Part shown: positions 20,753 through 30,725 of the stretch, piece by piece
How the letters are laid out: every line of letters begins with the position of its first letter
Position numbering within the stretch: position 1 is the first letter of the stretch
From: Pseudomonadota bacterium
GTDB taxonomy: Bacteria; Pseudomonadota; Alphaproteobacteria; Rhodobacterales; Rhodobacteraceae
Direction: 5' to 3'
NCBI GenBank assembly: GCA_020161615.1
Contig: JAIUPD010000001.1
Location: 450,875 to 514,874 of the forward strand
Length of the DNA stretch: 64,000 nucleotides
Notes under the pieces: model-generated
The model's input: the letters and a program-made list of their open reading frames with translations, nothing else
Databases searched by the model: none
What the model was told of the DNA's origin: nothing
Made by a program: the position numbers and the translations under genes

Positions 20753-21675
20753 AGGTTCTGTTTGCCGCCGGCGAAAACCGCTGGCCCGAATATGAGGGGC
20801 CGCTGCGCGACGCGCTGGCCGAGGCGGGGCTGACCGTCGATCTGGTGCGCGACGCCGCGCCCGAGACGGTCGATGCGATGATCTATGCCCCGGGCGGCGA
20901 GACGCCCGACGATTTCACCCCCTACACGCGTTGCAAGGCCGTCCTCAGCCTCTGGGCCGGGGTCGAGAGGATCGTCGGCAACCGCACGCTGACCCAGCCG
21001 CTCTGCCGTATGGTCGATCCCGGGCTGACCGAGGGGATGGTCGAATACGTCACCGGTCATGCGCTGCGCTATCATCTCGGCCTCGACCGGGTGCTGGCGA
21101 CGCAGGACCGCTGGGCGCCCGCGGTGCCGCCGCTGGCGCGGGAGCGGCCGGTGGCCTTGCTGGGCCTCGGCGCGCTGGGCGCGGCCTGTGCGGACGCGCT
21201 GGCGGGTCTGGGCTTTCCTGTCCTGGGCTGGAGCCGGACGCCGAAGGATCTGCCGGGCATCGAGTGCCACCACGGGCGGGACGGGCTGAAGACCGTGCTG
21301 AGCCGGGCGCAGATCGTGGTGACGCTGCTGCCCGCGACCCCCGGCACCGAGAACACGCTGAACGCCGAGACGCTGGGCTGGCTGCCGCAGGGCGCAGCGA
21401 TCATCAACCCCGGCCGCGGCGCGCTCATCGACGACGCGGCGCTGCTGGCGGCGCTGGACGCGGGGCAGGTCGGTGCCGCAACGCTCGATGTCTTCCGGGT
21501 GGAGCCCTTGCCGCGGGACCATCCCTATTGGGCGCATCCCAAGGTCACGGTCACGCCCCATATCGCCGCCGAAACCCGCCCCGTCACCGCCGCCCGTGTG
21601 GTGGTCGAGAACCTGCGCCGCCTGCGCGACGGCGAGCCGCTTCTGCATCTCGTGGACCGGGCCGAGGGCTATTGA
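20749..21675 (+). CDS. D-isomer-specific 2-hydroxyacid dehydrogenase (glyoxylate/hydroxypyruvate reductase A-like)
   Basis: NAD-binding LLGLGALGAACA, INPGRGALID, and a catalytic TPHIAAET region. ATGA overlap with the rodA stop. Confidence 0.8.
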   Translation: MKVLFAAGENRWPEYEGPLRDALAEAGLTVDLVRDAAPETVDAMIYAPGGETPDDFTPYTRCKAVLSLWAGVERIVGNRTLTQPLCRMVDPGLTEGMVEYVTGHALRYHLGLDRVLATQDRWAPAVPPLARERPVALLGLGALGAACADALAGLGFPVLGWSRTPKDLPGIECHHGRDGLKTVLSRAQIVVTLLPATPGTENTLNAETLGWLPQGAAIINPGRGALIDDAALLAALDAGQVGAATLDVFRVEPLPRDHPYWAHPKVTVTPHIAAETRPVTAARVVVENLRRLRDGEPLLHLVDRAEGY

Positions 21676-22883
21676 TGGAGATCGCGGTCGTCGGTGCGGG
21701 CATCATCGGCCTGACCGTCGCGCACCGGTTGGCGGGCGAGGGGCATCGCGTCACATTGATCGCCCCCGCCGACGAGCCGCACCGCGCCTCGACGGGGAAC
21801 GCGGGGACCATCGCGGGCTATGCCGTCGATCCGGTCGGCACGCCCGAGGTGCTGCGCGACCTGCCGCGGCTTCTGTTCAACCGCGACAGCCCCTTGGCGA
21901 TCCATCGCCCCTCGGCCCTGCGGCTCACGCCCTGGCTCTGGCGCTTTGCCCGCCAGTCGGGCCCGCGCAGCGCCGAGGCCAACCGCCGCGTGCTGGCACG
22001 CATCCTGAGCGATGCCGACAGCCGTTGGCGGGGACTGGCCTTTTCGCTCGGCGCCGGGACGCTGCTGAACGAGGCCGGCGCGCTCTATGCCTATGATACC
22101 GTCGAGGATCTGAACGCGGCCGAGGCGGGGATGGAGCGCCGCCGCGCCCATGGCGTCACCGTCGAGCGGCTCGATGCCTCGCAACTTCTGGCGCTGGAAC
22201 CGCGCCTGCCGCCGGGACGGTTCGGGGGCGGCATGCTGTTTCCCGGTACGCTCTGGCTCAGCGACCCGGCGGCGATGCTGGCCCGGATCGAGGCCGGGCT
22301 GCAGGTGGCCCGGATCGGGGCGCGGGCGACAGCGCTGAGCCGGCACGGCGCCGGCTGGCGGGTGACGCATGAGGAGGGCGCGCTGGAGGCCGAGGCGGTG
22401 GTCCTGGCCGCGGGCGCCTGGTCGGCACGGCTGCTCAAGCCGCTGGGCGTGCGGGTGCCGCTGACGGCCGAGCGCGGCTATCATCTGGAATTCGACCGGG
22501 TGGAGAAAGTCGCGCGCCCCCTTTGCCCGGTGCGGCGGGGCTTCTATTTCACCCCGTTGGCGGGGCGCCTGCGCGCGGCCGGAACGGTGGAACTGGGCGG
22601 CATCGGCGCCCCCCCTTCGCCCCATCGCTGGGAACGGCTGGAAGAGGGCGTGCGCAGCGTCTTTCCCGACCTGCCGCCACCGTCCCGCCGCTGGATGGGG
22701 CTGCGCCCCTCGGTCCCTGACAGCCTGCCGGTGGTGGGGCTGGCCCGCAAGGGGCTGGTCTGCGCCTTCGGCCATGGCCATCTGGGTCTGACCTTGGCCC
22801 CCTGGACGGCCGAGCGTGTCTCGGCCGCATTGGCGGGCGGGCCGGGGGACGAAGCCGTCAGCCCGCTGCGCTTTAACCGTTAA
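21675..22883 (+). CDS. FAD-dependent oxidoreductase, D-amino-acid dehydrogenase (DadA)-like
   Basis: N-terminal VVGAGIIGL dinucleotide fold and an ASTGNAG motif. The start shares one nucleotide with the upstream stop (TGATG). Confidence 0.75.
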   Translation: MEIAVVGAGIIGLTVAHRLAGEGHRVTLIAPADEPHRASTGNAGTIAGYAVDPVGTPEVLRDLPRLLFNRDSPLAIHRPSALRLTPWLWRFARQSGPRSAEANRRVLARILSDADSRWRGLAFSLGAGTLLNEAGALYAYDTVEDLNAAEAGMERRRAHGVTVERLDASQLLALEPRLPPGRFGGGMLFPGTLWLSDPAAMLARIEAGLQVARIGARATALSRHGAGWRVTHEEGALEAEAVVLAAGAWSARLLKPLGVRVPLTAERGYHLEFDRVEKVARPLCPVRRGFYFTPLAGRLRAAGTVELGGIGAPPSPHRWERLEEGVRSVFPDLPPPSRRWMGLRPSVPDSLPVVGLARKGLVCAFGHGHLGLTLAPWTAERVSAALAGGPGDEAVSPLRFNR

Positions 22884-23686
22884 TGGGCGGGGCGCTGCAC
22901 GGTATCCAACACCGAGCGCCCGCCATCCAGCGTGACGATCTGCCCGGTCATGAAAGCCGAGGCCGAGGAGGCCAGGAACTGCGCCAGCTCCGCCACTTCC
23001 GAGGCCGTGCCGATGCGGTGCAGCGGCGTGCCGGCGATGATCGCCTCGCGGTATTCGGGGTGTTCCGCGATCGTGTCGCGCAACGTGCCTGACATCAGCG
23101 AGCCCACGGCGATGGCATTGACCCGGATCGCCTGAGGCGCCAGCGAGACGGCCAGCGAGCGGGTCATCTGTTCCAGCGCCGCGTTGGAAATCGAGAAGCC
23201 CAGCAATTGCGGCTGGGTCCGGTGCGCGGCGATGGACGAGATATTGATGATCGCGCCCGCCACCTGCGGCTTCGTATCCTCTTGTTCCGCCTGCAGGATC
23301 ATCCGCCGCGCCACCGCCTGCGAGGTGCGGAGCGCGACATTCAGGTTGTGATCCAGCAGCGTCTCGACCGAGGTGTCGGTCGGGTCCAGCGGGTCGGTCA
23401 CGGCGAAGCTGCGCGTGGCGTTGATCAGGATATCCACCCGGTCGAAGGCGTCGAGCGCGGTAGATAGCAGGTTCGCCACGTTCAGCTTCTCGCGCAGATC
23501 GCCCGCGAACAGCCGGCAATTCGGCAGGTCCGTCAGATCGTCGCAACCCGATTTCAGCCGCTTCTCGTTCATGTCCGAAAAGACGACATTCGCGCCTTCG
23601 TCAACGAAATGCCGGGCGATGGCGTGGCCGATGCCGGTGGCGGCGCCGGTGATGATGGCGGTCTTGCCCTCGATGGAAAAACTCAT
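22880..23686 (-). CDS. SDR family oxidoreductase
   Basis: A TGAATGIG cofactor motif, a NISS/AAH catalytic region, and the usual ~268-aa length. Confidence 0.85.
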   Translation of the reverse strand: MSFSIEGKTAIITGAATGIGHAIARHFVDEGANVVFSDMNEKRLKSGCDDLTDLPNCRLFAGDLREKLNVANLLSTALDAFDRVDILINATRSFAVTDPLDPTDTSVETLLDHNLNVALRTSQAVARRMILQAEQEDTKPQVAGAIINISSIAAHRTQPQLLGFSISNAALEQMTRSLAVSLAPQAIRVNAIAVGSLMSGTLRDTIAEHPEYREAIIAGTPLHRIGTASEVAELAQFLASSASAFMTGQIVTLDGGRSVLDTVQRPAH

Positions 23687-24756
23687 CAGCGCCGTCCTCT
23701 GCTGTGGGTCACGCGGGCGCGCGCGGCCGGGGCCGCGACGGGCGCCCGCTGGGGGCCTTCGGCATGGAAGATCTTGAAGCCCGGGCTGCCGGGAAGCTCG
23801 GTGTGCTTGCGGAAGGCCTCGGCCAGGGTCTGCTCGTAGGGCAGGTGGCGGTTGGCCACCAGGAACAATTGGCCCGAGGGTTTCAGCATCGCCGCCGCGC
23901 TGCGGATGAAGGCCGCGCCCAGCTGCGGCCGCGCCTCGCGGCCCTGATGGAAGGGCGGGTTCATCACCACGGCGTCAAGCTGCAATTTCAAGGGGTTGGT
24001 GGCGTCGGCCCAGTGGAATTGCGCGCGCGGATCGGTGACGTTCTGCCGGGCGCAGGCCAAGGCGCGGGCGTCAGCCTCGATCAGGTGCAGCGTGGCGATG
24101 CCGGGCGCGCGCTCGAGGATCTGGGCCGAGAGATAGCCCCAGCCTGCGCCAAGATCCGCCACGACGCCCTTCAGCCCGGCGGGCAGCGAGGCGGCCAGCA
24201 GCGCCGAGGCCGGGTCGATCCCGTCGGCGGAAAAGAGGCCGGGCAGGGTGTGGTAGACCCGCTCGCCATCCTTCGCCTCGCCCGGGGCCGCGCGCCAATC
24301 GGCCAGCGCGTCGCCGGGCGAGGGGAACCACGCGATCTTGCCATGGCCCTTGGCGATGGCGGCGCTCATATCCACCCGGTCGCGCAATTCGCGCAGCATG
24401 GCGTCAACGCCGTCGTTCTTTTGCCCGTCGATGATCACCGGGCCGGAGGTCAGCGCGGCGGCCCGGGCGATCAGGTCGCGCGCCTCGACCCGCGAGCGGG
24501 GCAGACAGACCAGCGCCGCCGCATACGGCCCCTCGGCCGCCTGCGCGCAGGCAAGGCCCCGGGCGGCGAAAAAGCCGTGATCGGGCGCGAAGGGCGTGAC
24601 GATCTGCAACCGCGACGGGGGCAGGGGGCCAAAATCCTCGCCCGCGCGCGGGTGCATGACGGCAATGGTGCCCGTATCGGGCAGGGCCAGGCCTGCCTCG
24701 ACGGCAAGCTCCAGCCGCAGCGCACGGGGCGCCGGTTCATGAAAGGACATGGTCAT
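23686..24756 (-). CDS. class I SAM-dependent methyltransferase, RsmC/RsmD-like (rRNA m2G type)
   Basis: VADLGAGWGYLS (SAM motif I) and NPPFHQG (N-methyl transfer motif). Confidence 0.7.
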   Translation of the reverse strand: MTMSFHEPAPRALRLELAVEAGLALPDTGTIAVMHPRAGEDFGPLPPSRLQIVTPFAPDHGFFAARGLACAQAAEGPYAAALVCLPRSRVEARDLIARAAALTSGPVIIDGQKNDGVDAMLRELRDRVDMSAAIAKGHGKIAWFPSPGDALADWRAAPGEAKDGERVYHTLPGLFSADGIDPASALLAASLPAGLKGVVADLGAGWGYLSAQILERAPGIATLHLIEADARALACARQNVTDPRAQFHWADATNPLKLQLDAVVMNPPFHQGREARPQLGAAFIRSAAAMLKPSGQLFLVANRHLPYEQTLAEAFRKHTELPGSPGFKIFHAEGPQRAPVAAPAARARVTHSRGRR

Positions 24757-24775
24757 CGGCGGGCGCGGAGGCGCC

Positions 24776-25117
24776 TCACTCCTTTTCCAGGGTGCATTGC
24801 AGCGGATGCTGGTGGCGGCGGGCGAAATCCATCACCTGCGCAACCTTGGTCTCGGCGATCTCGTACGAGAAGACCCCGACCACGGCCAGGCCCTTCTTGT
24901 GGACGGTCAGCATGATCTCGAACGCCTGGGCATGGCTCATGCCGAAGAAGCGTTCGAGCACATGCACGACGAATTCCATCGGCGTGTAATCGTCGTTGAG
25001 CAGCATCACCTTGTACATCGGCGGGCGCTGGGTGCGGGTGCGGGTCTTGACCGCTACGCCCGGATCGCCCTCACCGGGGCCGTGCTTGCGCTCGGTCATC
25101 GTAACGGTCTGAACCAT
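24776..25117 (-). CDS. clpS: ATP-dependent Clp protease adaptor ClpS
   Basis: [24 protein letters not shown]...A...M..VH..G.AV is the ClpS core. The start is at 25117 or 25099. Confidence 0.85.
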   Translation of the reverse strand: MVQTVTMTERKHGPGEGDPGVAVKTRTRTQRPPMYKVMLLNDDYTPMEFVVHVLERFFGMSHAQAFEIMLTVHKKGLAVVGVFSYEIAETKVAQVMDFARRHQHPLQCTLEKE

Positions 25118-25203
25118 GCGATTGGGGCCTGGGGTGACAGATTCGGTTGCAGGGCAGTATATAGCGCCCACAGCGGCCAAGAAAACCCTACCGGACAAAA
25201 GCC

Positions 25204-25905
25204 ATGACGCGCCTGACCACGATCGCCCTCGATGCCGATGACACGCTTTGGCACAACGAGCGTTTCTTTCACCTGACCCAGGCGCGGTTCGCCGAGTTGC
25301 TGGCCGATCACGCCGCGCCCGAGGATCTGGCCGAGCGGCTGCTGGCCTCGGAGCGGCGCAACATCGGCCATTATGGATTCGGCATCAAGGGCTTCATGCT
25401 GTCGATGATCGAAACCGCCGTCGAGGTAACCGAGGGGAGGGTGCCCGGCCATGTCATCGGCCAGATCATCGCCGCGGGGCAGGAGATGCTGGCCCATCCG
25501 ATCGAACTTTTGCCGGGGGTGGAGGATACGGTCGAATCGCTGGCGGGCGCGCATCGGCTGGTCCTGATCACCAAGGGCGATCTGCTGGATCAGGAGCGGA
25601 AGCTCGCGCAATCGGGCTTGGGCGATCACTTCGCCGGGGTCGAGATCGTCAGCCACAAGAACCCCGAGACCTATGCCACGGTCTTCGCTCGCTATGGCGG
25701 GGCCGAGGGGGCGCTGATGGCCGGGAATTCCATGGCCTCGGACGTGGTGGCGCCGATCCGGGCCGGGGCCTGGGGGGTCTTCGTGCCGCATGGGCTGGAA
25801 TGGGCGCTGGAAAAAGCCGACCCGCCCGAAGATCATCCCCGCTATCGGCGGATTTCCACCCTGTCGGATCTGCCCGATCTGATCGAGCGGATCGAGGCTT
25901 CCTGA
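25204..25905 (+). CDS. HAD-superfamily hydrolase
   Basis: [10 protein letters not shown] (DxD motif I), ITKG (motif II-like), and a late GNSMASDV motif. Confidence 0.8.
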   Translation: MTRLTTIALDADDTLWHNERFFHLTQARFAELLADHAAPEDLAERLLASERRNIGHYGFGIKGFMLSMIETAVEVTEGRVPGHVIGQIIAAGQEMLAHPIELLPGVEDTVESLAGAHRLVLITKGDLLDQERKLAQSGLGDHFAGVEIVSHKNPETYATVFARYGGAEGALMAGNSMASDVVAPIRAGAWGVFVPHGLEWALEKADPPEDHPRYRRISTLSDLPDLIERIEAS

Positions 25906-26076
25906 ATGTAGTGGGGCGACCCGGCGAATCTGCCAGATCTTGATCGCGTCTCAAGATCGTCCGAAAAGGCTTTGAAAACATGGGGGGTTTTCATGTCGTG
26001 CCTTTGGTGGTAGCCTGTTCTTGAGCAAAATTGACGCCGCCGGCCAAACGGGGGCGCAGAGGCAGAGGACAGGCAC

Positions 26077-28113
26077 GTGACAACGCGATTCGGGCGTTGG
26101 TTCCGAGGCTTTGGCGTGATCGGCATGGTGGCCCTGGTGGCCGCGATGGTGATTGTTTGCGCCGCACCGCGCGCCCATGCGCAACCCTTCGCCGCGGTGG
26201 TCATGGACGCCCGCACTGGCGAAATCCTTTATCAGACCGACAATTCGACGTCGCGGCTGCATCCCGCGTCGCTGACCAAGATGATGACCCTCTACATCGC
26301 CTTCGAGGCGCTGGAGAATGGCGAGATTTCCGAGGATACGCCGGTGCGCATCTCGCGTCACGCGGCCTCGCAGCCGCCCTCGCGGCTGGGACTCAGGGCC
26401 GGTCAGACCATCGCCTTCCGCTACCTGATCCGCGCCGCCGCGCTGCGCTCGGCCAATGACGCGGCGGCGGCGATCGCCGAGGCGCTGGAAGGGTCGGTCC
26501 CGGCCTTTGCCGAGCGCATGAACCGCACCGCCCGCGCCATCGGCATGACCCGCACCACCTTTCGCAACCCGCATGGGCTGACCACGGACGGGCATCTGTC
26601 CACGGCGCGCGACATGTCGATCCTGGGGCGGCAGCTCTATTTCGATTATCCGGGCTATTACGGCATCTTCTCGCGCCGGTCGGACAACGCGGGGATTGCT
26701 ACGGTCAACAACACGAATCGCTTGTTTTTGGGCAGCTATCGCGGCGCCGACGGGATCAAGACCGGCTTCACCAATGCCGCGGGCTACAACCTTACCGCCA
26801 TGGCCGAACGCAACGGCGTGCGGCTGATCGTCACCGTGTTCGGCGCGCGCTCGTCGCAGGACCGGCTGCGGCGGGTGTCGCAGCTCATGGACCGCGGATT
26901 CCGCGACGCGCCACGGCGCGCGGCGATCCGGCGACCGGCCCGGCCCGATTATGTGCGGGGCGCGGATGATCGCGGCAGCGGACCCGCCGCCGGTCGGGTG
27001 ATCCGGCTGCAGACCGCGCCCACCACCTCGCGGTTCCCCAGGGCCCGCCCGCAACCGGGCGAGGCGCCCGCCGCAGAGCTGATCGCCGCGCTGCGCGATG
27101 GCATTGACGAGGTGATCGAGGAGATCCGCGAGCCCGATCCCTCGACCGATACCGACGATTCGGGGGTGGCGCCCGGCGTGACCTCGGAAGAGCCTGAAGA
27201 GAGCGATGCGCCCGAGGGGCTGACCGAGGCGGTCGAACAGGTGCTGGTCGCCGCCGTCGCCCCCGAACGCTCGCCCCTGCCGCGCGGCAGGCCGCGGTCC
27301 GAGGCCGTGGCCCTCGCCGCCGCCGACACCGAGGAGGCGGAGATTCCGGTCGCTGCCCGCGCCGGCAGCGGTGTGCTGGGCACCGAGGATTACGTGGCGC
27401 TCGCCGAAAGCGGGGTGCAGGTGCCGGTGACGCCGCCCGCCCGACCCGAGGATCTGGTGGCGGCGCTGGTCGGAGACGCGACCGAGGCCCCCGCCGCCGA
27501 GACCGTGGCGCTGGCCGATGTCACGGCGGGCGACGGGGCGCTGACCATCCCCGGCCTGCCGCCGATTCCCCTTGCGGACGGGGCCGAGGCACCTGCGGCC
27601 CTGCCCGAGGCGCAGGCGGAGACCCGGATCGCCGCGCTGGAAGCCCCGGCCGAGGCGCCGCTGATGCCTTCGCTCGAACCCGTCGCCTCGGAACTGACGG
27701 TGGATGACGACGGCCGCATCCTGTGGCGCGACGAGGAATTGTTGCAGGCGCTCAGCCACGAAAATCCAGAAGAGCCGGTGCTGGCGCCGACCATCGTGCT
27801 GACCAGCTCGTCCGATACCGAGGAGGTCGCGGCCACCCCCACGCCCGAGATCGTCACCCATGTCTCGACCTCGGGCGGACGGCTGTGGCGGGTGGAACTG
27901 GGCCGTTTCAACACCCCCTTCGACGCCGAGCGCACGCTGCTGCGGGTGGCGCTGTCCGAGGCAGGCACGCTGCGCAACGGCGTTCGCCGGGTAACCGCGC
28001 GCGGCGGGCGCCACGTGGCCGAGGTCAATTCGCTGACGCAGGAGGAAGCGCAACTCGCCTGCCTGCGCCTGGCCGCCCGCGATCAGGATTGCACGGTGGT
28101 GGACCCCTCCTGA
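26077..28113 (+). CDS. D-alanyl-D-alanine carboxypeptidase (S11, PBP5/6 type) with a long acidic Pro/Ala/Glu linker and a C-terminal SPOR domain
   Basis: Signal peptide, SLTKMMT (SxxK), SANDAA (SxN), KTGFT (KTG), and a C-terminal WRVELGRFNTPFDAERTLLRV...EEAQLACLRL region that looks like SPOR. Confidence 0.85.
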   Translation: MTTRFGRWFRGFGVIGMVALVAAMVIVCAAPRAHAQPFAAVVMDARTGEILYQTDNSTSRLHPASLTKMMTLYIAFEALENGEISEDTPVRISRHAASQPPSRLGLRAGQTIAFRYLIRAAALRSANDAAAAIAEALEGSVPAFAERMNRTARAIGMTRTTFRNPHGLTTDGHLSTARDMSILGRQLYFDYPGYYGIFSRRSDNAGIATVNNTNRLFLGSYRGADGIKTGFTNAAGYNLTAMAERNGVRLIVTVFGARSSQDRLRRVSQLMDRGFRDAPRRAAIRRPARPDYVRGADDRGSGPAAGRVIRLQTAPTTSRFPRARPQPGEAPAAELIAALRDGIDEVIEEIREPDPSTDTDDSGVAPGVTSEEPEESDAPEGLTEAVEQVLVAAVAPERSPLPRGRPRSEAVALAAADTEEAEIPVAARAGSGVLGTEDYVALAESGVQVPVTPPARPEDLVAALVGDATEAPAAETVALADVTAGDGALTIPGLPPIPLADGAEAPAALPEAQAETRIAALEAPAEAPLMPSLEPVASELTVDDDGRILWRDEELLQALSHENPEEPVLAPTIVLTSSSDTEEVAATPTPEIVTHVSTSGGRLWRVELGRFNTPFDAERTLLRVALSEAGTLRNGVRRVTARGGRHVAEVNSLTQEEAQLACLRLAARDQDCTVVDPS

Positions 28114-28173
28114 GGCCCGCCGCCGCCCGGTTTTGCGCGTGACGACGACCGCCCCGCGTGGTAGCGCCGGGGG

Positions 28174-30387
28174 ATGAAACGTCTTCCCTCGAAACCCGAA
28201 ATCGCCCAGTGGCTCTCTGAACAGGAGGGGCGCCCGGCCTTTCACGACATCAGCCGCGCCTTCGGCATCAAGGGCGCGGCCAAGATCGACCTGAAGCGGA
28301 TGCTGGCGGAACTGGAGGCCGAGGGGCTCTACGAGGGCCGCAAGAGGCGCCGCCCCCGGGGCGAGGGCCTGCCGCCGGTCGGCATTATCCGGGTGACCGG
28401 CCCCGATGCGCAGGGCGAGCTGATGGCCGAACCCGCCGAGTTCGAGGGCGAGGCGCCGCGCATCCTGGTGATCGAGCGCAAGGACCAGCCGGCGCTGGGC
28501 GCGGGCGACCGGGTGCTGGCCAAGCTGACGCAGACTGAGGACGGCTGGCACGCCCATCCGATCCGCAAGCTGCAGAGCGGGCCGCGCACGGTGCTGGGCA
28601 TCTATCGCGCGGGCTCGGAATTCGGGCGGATCCTGCCCATCGACAAGGGCGCCGATCTGGAATTCCGCGTGTCCACAGCCGACGCAAGGGGCGCCAAGGA
28701 CGGCGAACTGGTCGAGGCCGAGCAGACCTCGCCCCCCCGTCTGGGCCTGCCCAAGGCGCGGATCGTGCGGCGGCTGGGCGATCCCGGTGCGCCGCGCGCC
28801 GTCAGCCTGATCGCCATCCACCAGCACGGCATCCCCGACCATTTCCCCGACACGGTTCTGGCCGAGGCCGAGGATGCGCCCGCCGATCCCGGCGGCCGGC
28901 GCGAGGATCTGCGCGGGCTGCCCTTGCTGACCATCGACCCCTCCGACGCGCGCGACCATGACGACGCCGTTTGCGCCGAACCCGGCGCCGATGGCGGGTT
29001 CATCGTCTGGGTCGCCATCGCCGATGTCGCGGCCTATGTGCGCCCGGGCTCGGAACTGGACCGCGAGGCCCGCAAGCGCGGCAATTCCAGCTATTTCCCC
29101 GACCGCGTGGTGCCGATGCTGCCCGACCGGCTGTCGGGCGATCTGTGCTCGCTGCACGAGGGCGTCGACCGCCCGGTGCTGGCCGTGCGGATGGAGGTGA
29201 ACGCGCAGGGTGAAAAGACCGCGCACCGCTTTGTGCGGGGGACGATGACTTCCCGCGCCTCGCTGACCTATGAACAGGCGCAGGCGGCGTTCGAGGGGCG
29301 GCTCGACGACCAGACCGACCCGCTGGCCGAGGGGCTGAGCCATCTCTACGCCGCCTGGCAGGCGACGCTGAAGGCCCGCGCGGCGCGGCAGCCGCTGGAT
29401 CTGGACCTGCCCGAGCGCCGGATCGTGCTGGACGAGGCCGGGACCGTGACCTCGGTCGCCTTCAAGGACCGACTCGACGCGCATAAGGTGATCGAGGAAT
29501 TCATGGTGATGGCCAATGTCGCCGCCGCCGAGGAGCTGATCGCCAGCCGCTCACCGCTGCTGTTCCGGGTGCATGAAGAGCCGACCATCGAAAAGATCGA
29601 GGCCCTGCGCGAGGTGGCGCAAGGGGCGGGGCTGGTGCTGGCCAAGGGGCAAGTCTTGCAGACCCGGCACCTGAACAAGCTCTTGGCCGATGCCGAGGGG
29701 TCGGAATTCGACGAGTTGATCAACATGGCCACCCTCCGGTCCATGACCCAGGCCTATTACGCGCCCGAGAATTTCGGCCATTTCGGCCTCGCGCTGCGCA
29801 ATTACGCGCATTTCACCTCGCCCATCCGGCGTTATTCCGACCTGATCGTCCACCGAGCGCTGATCTCGGCGCATAAATGGGGCAAGGACGGGCTGTCGGA
29901 CTGGGACATCGAGCATCTGGCCGAGACCGCGACGCAGATTTCCGAGACCGAGCGCCGGTCAATGGCCGCCGAGCGCGACACGACCGACCGTTACCTTGCC
30001 GCCTTCATGGCCGACCGGATCGGGGCGGTCTTTCAGGGGCGGATCAGCGGCGTCGCGCGCTTCGGGCTCTTCGTGAAACTCGATGAGACGGGCGCTGACG
30101 GGCTGGTGCCGATCCGGTCCCTGGGTGACGAGTATTTCCACCACGACGCCGACAGTCAGACGCTCCGCGGCGAGAAGACCGGGACGGTCCTGGGCCTTGG
30201 CCAGAAGGTCGTGGTCAAGCTGGCCGAAGCCGAAGCGATGACTGGCGGCTTGCTGCTGGAATTGCTGGAAGTCGAGGGCGCCCCCATGGCCCGCGCCCGC
30301 CGCGGCAAGGGGCGCGGCAAGGGCCCGGTCTCGCGCAAGGGCGCCGCTGCCAAGGCCGGCCGCATCCGCCGCCGCCGCGAGCGCTGA
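28174..30387 (+). CDS. rnr: ribonuclease R
   Basis: An RNB catalytic region (TIDPSDARDHDDAV, YFPDRVVPMLP, HFGLALRNYAHFTSPIRRYSDLIVHR), an S1 domain, and a basic Arg/Lys tail. Confidence 0.9.
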   Translation: MKRLPSKPEIAQWLSEQEGRPAFHDISRAFGIKGAAKIDLKRMLAELEAEGLYEGRKRRRPRGEGLPPVGIIRVTGPDAQGELMAEPAEFEGEAPRILVIERKDQPALGAGDRVLAKLTQTEDGWHAHPIRKLQSGPRTVLGIYRAGSEFGRILPIDKGADLEFRVSTADARGAKDGELVEAEQTSPPRLGLPKARIVRRLGDPGAPRAVSLIAIHQHGIPDHFPDTVLAEAEDAPADPGGRREDLRGLPLLTIDPSDARDHDDAVCAEPGADGGFIVWVAIADVAAYVRPGSELDREARKRGNSSYFPDRVVPMLPDRLSGDLCSLHEGVDRPVLAVRMEVNAQGEKTAHRFVRGTMTSRASLTYEQAQAAFEGRLDDQTDPLAEGLSHLYAAWQATLKARAARQPLDLDLPERRIVLDEAGTVTSVAFKDRLDAHKVIEEFMVMANVAAAEELIASRSPLLFRVHEEPTIEKIEALREVAQGAGLVLAKGQVLQTRHLNKLLADAEGSEFDELINMATLRSMTQAYYAPENFGHFGLALRNYAHFTSPIRRYSDLIVHRALISAHKWGKDGLSDWDIEHLAETATQISETERRSMAAERDTTDRYLAAFMADRIGAVFQGRISGVARFGLFVKLDETGADGLVPIRSLGDEYFHHDADSQTLRGEKTGTVLGLGQKVVVKLAEAEAMTGGLLLELLEVEGAPMARARRGKGRGKGPVSRKGAAAKAGRIRRRRER

Positions 30388-30392
30388 GGCCG

Positions 30393-30725
30393 GTGTCCCG
30401 GATCGCGATCATCATTGCGGCGGATGAACCGGCGCTCGTCTTTGCCTCGCTCGCGCAGGCGGAACGGGCACTGGAACCGGTCGACGTGACCGAAGGCGTC
30501 TATCCCGCGGCTTACGGGCCCGGGGGCGAACCCTATGCGATCACCACCGATGGCATCTCCGTGCGGATCGCGCCGGCGGATCGTCCCCCTCAGCCCGGGG
30601 CGCTGCTGGCATTGCTCTGCCAGCTTCTGAAGGACGACGGGCAGGATCCGGGGCCAAACCCGGACCTGCCCGATCTGCGGCGCCGCTGCGCGCGGTTCCT
30701 GCCGGTCAGTCGCGGGTGCAGATAA
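30393..30725 (+). CDS. hypothetical protein (110 aa)
   Basis: Strong GC3 bias in this frame and a GTG start 6 nt after the rnr stop. I recognise no family. The 3' end overlaps the convergent methyltransferase gene by 20 nt. Confidence 0.45.
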   Translation: MSRIAIIIAADEPALVFASLAQAERALEPVDVTEGVYPAAYGPGGEPYAITTDGISVRIAPADRPPQPGALLALLCQLLKDDGQDPGPNPDLPDLRRRCARFLPVSRGCR

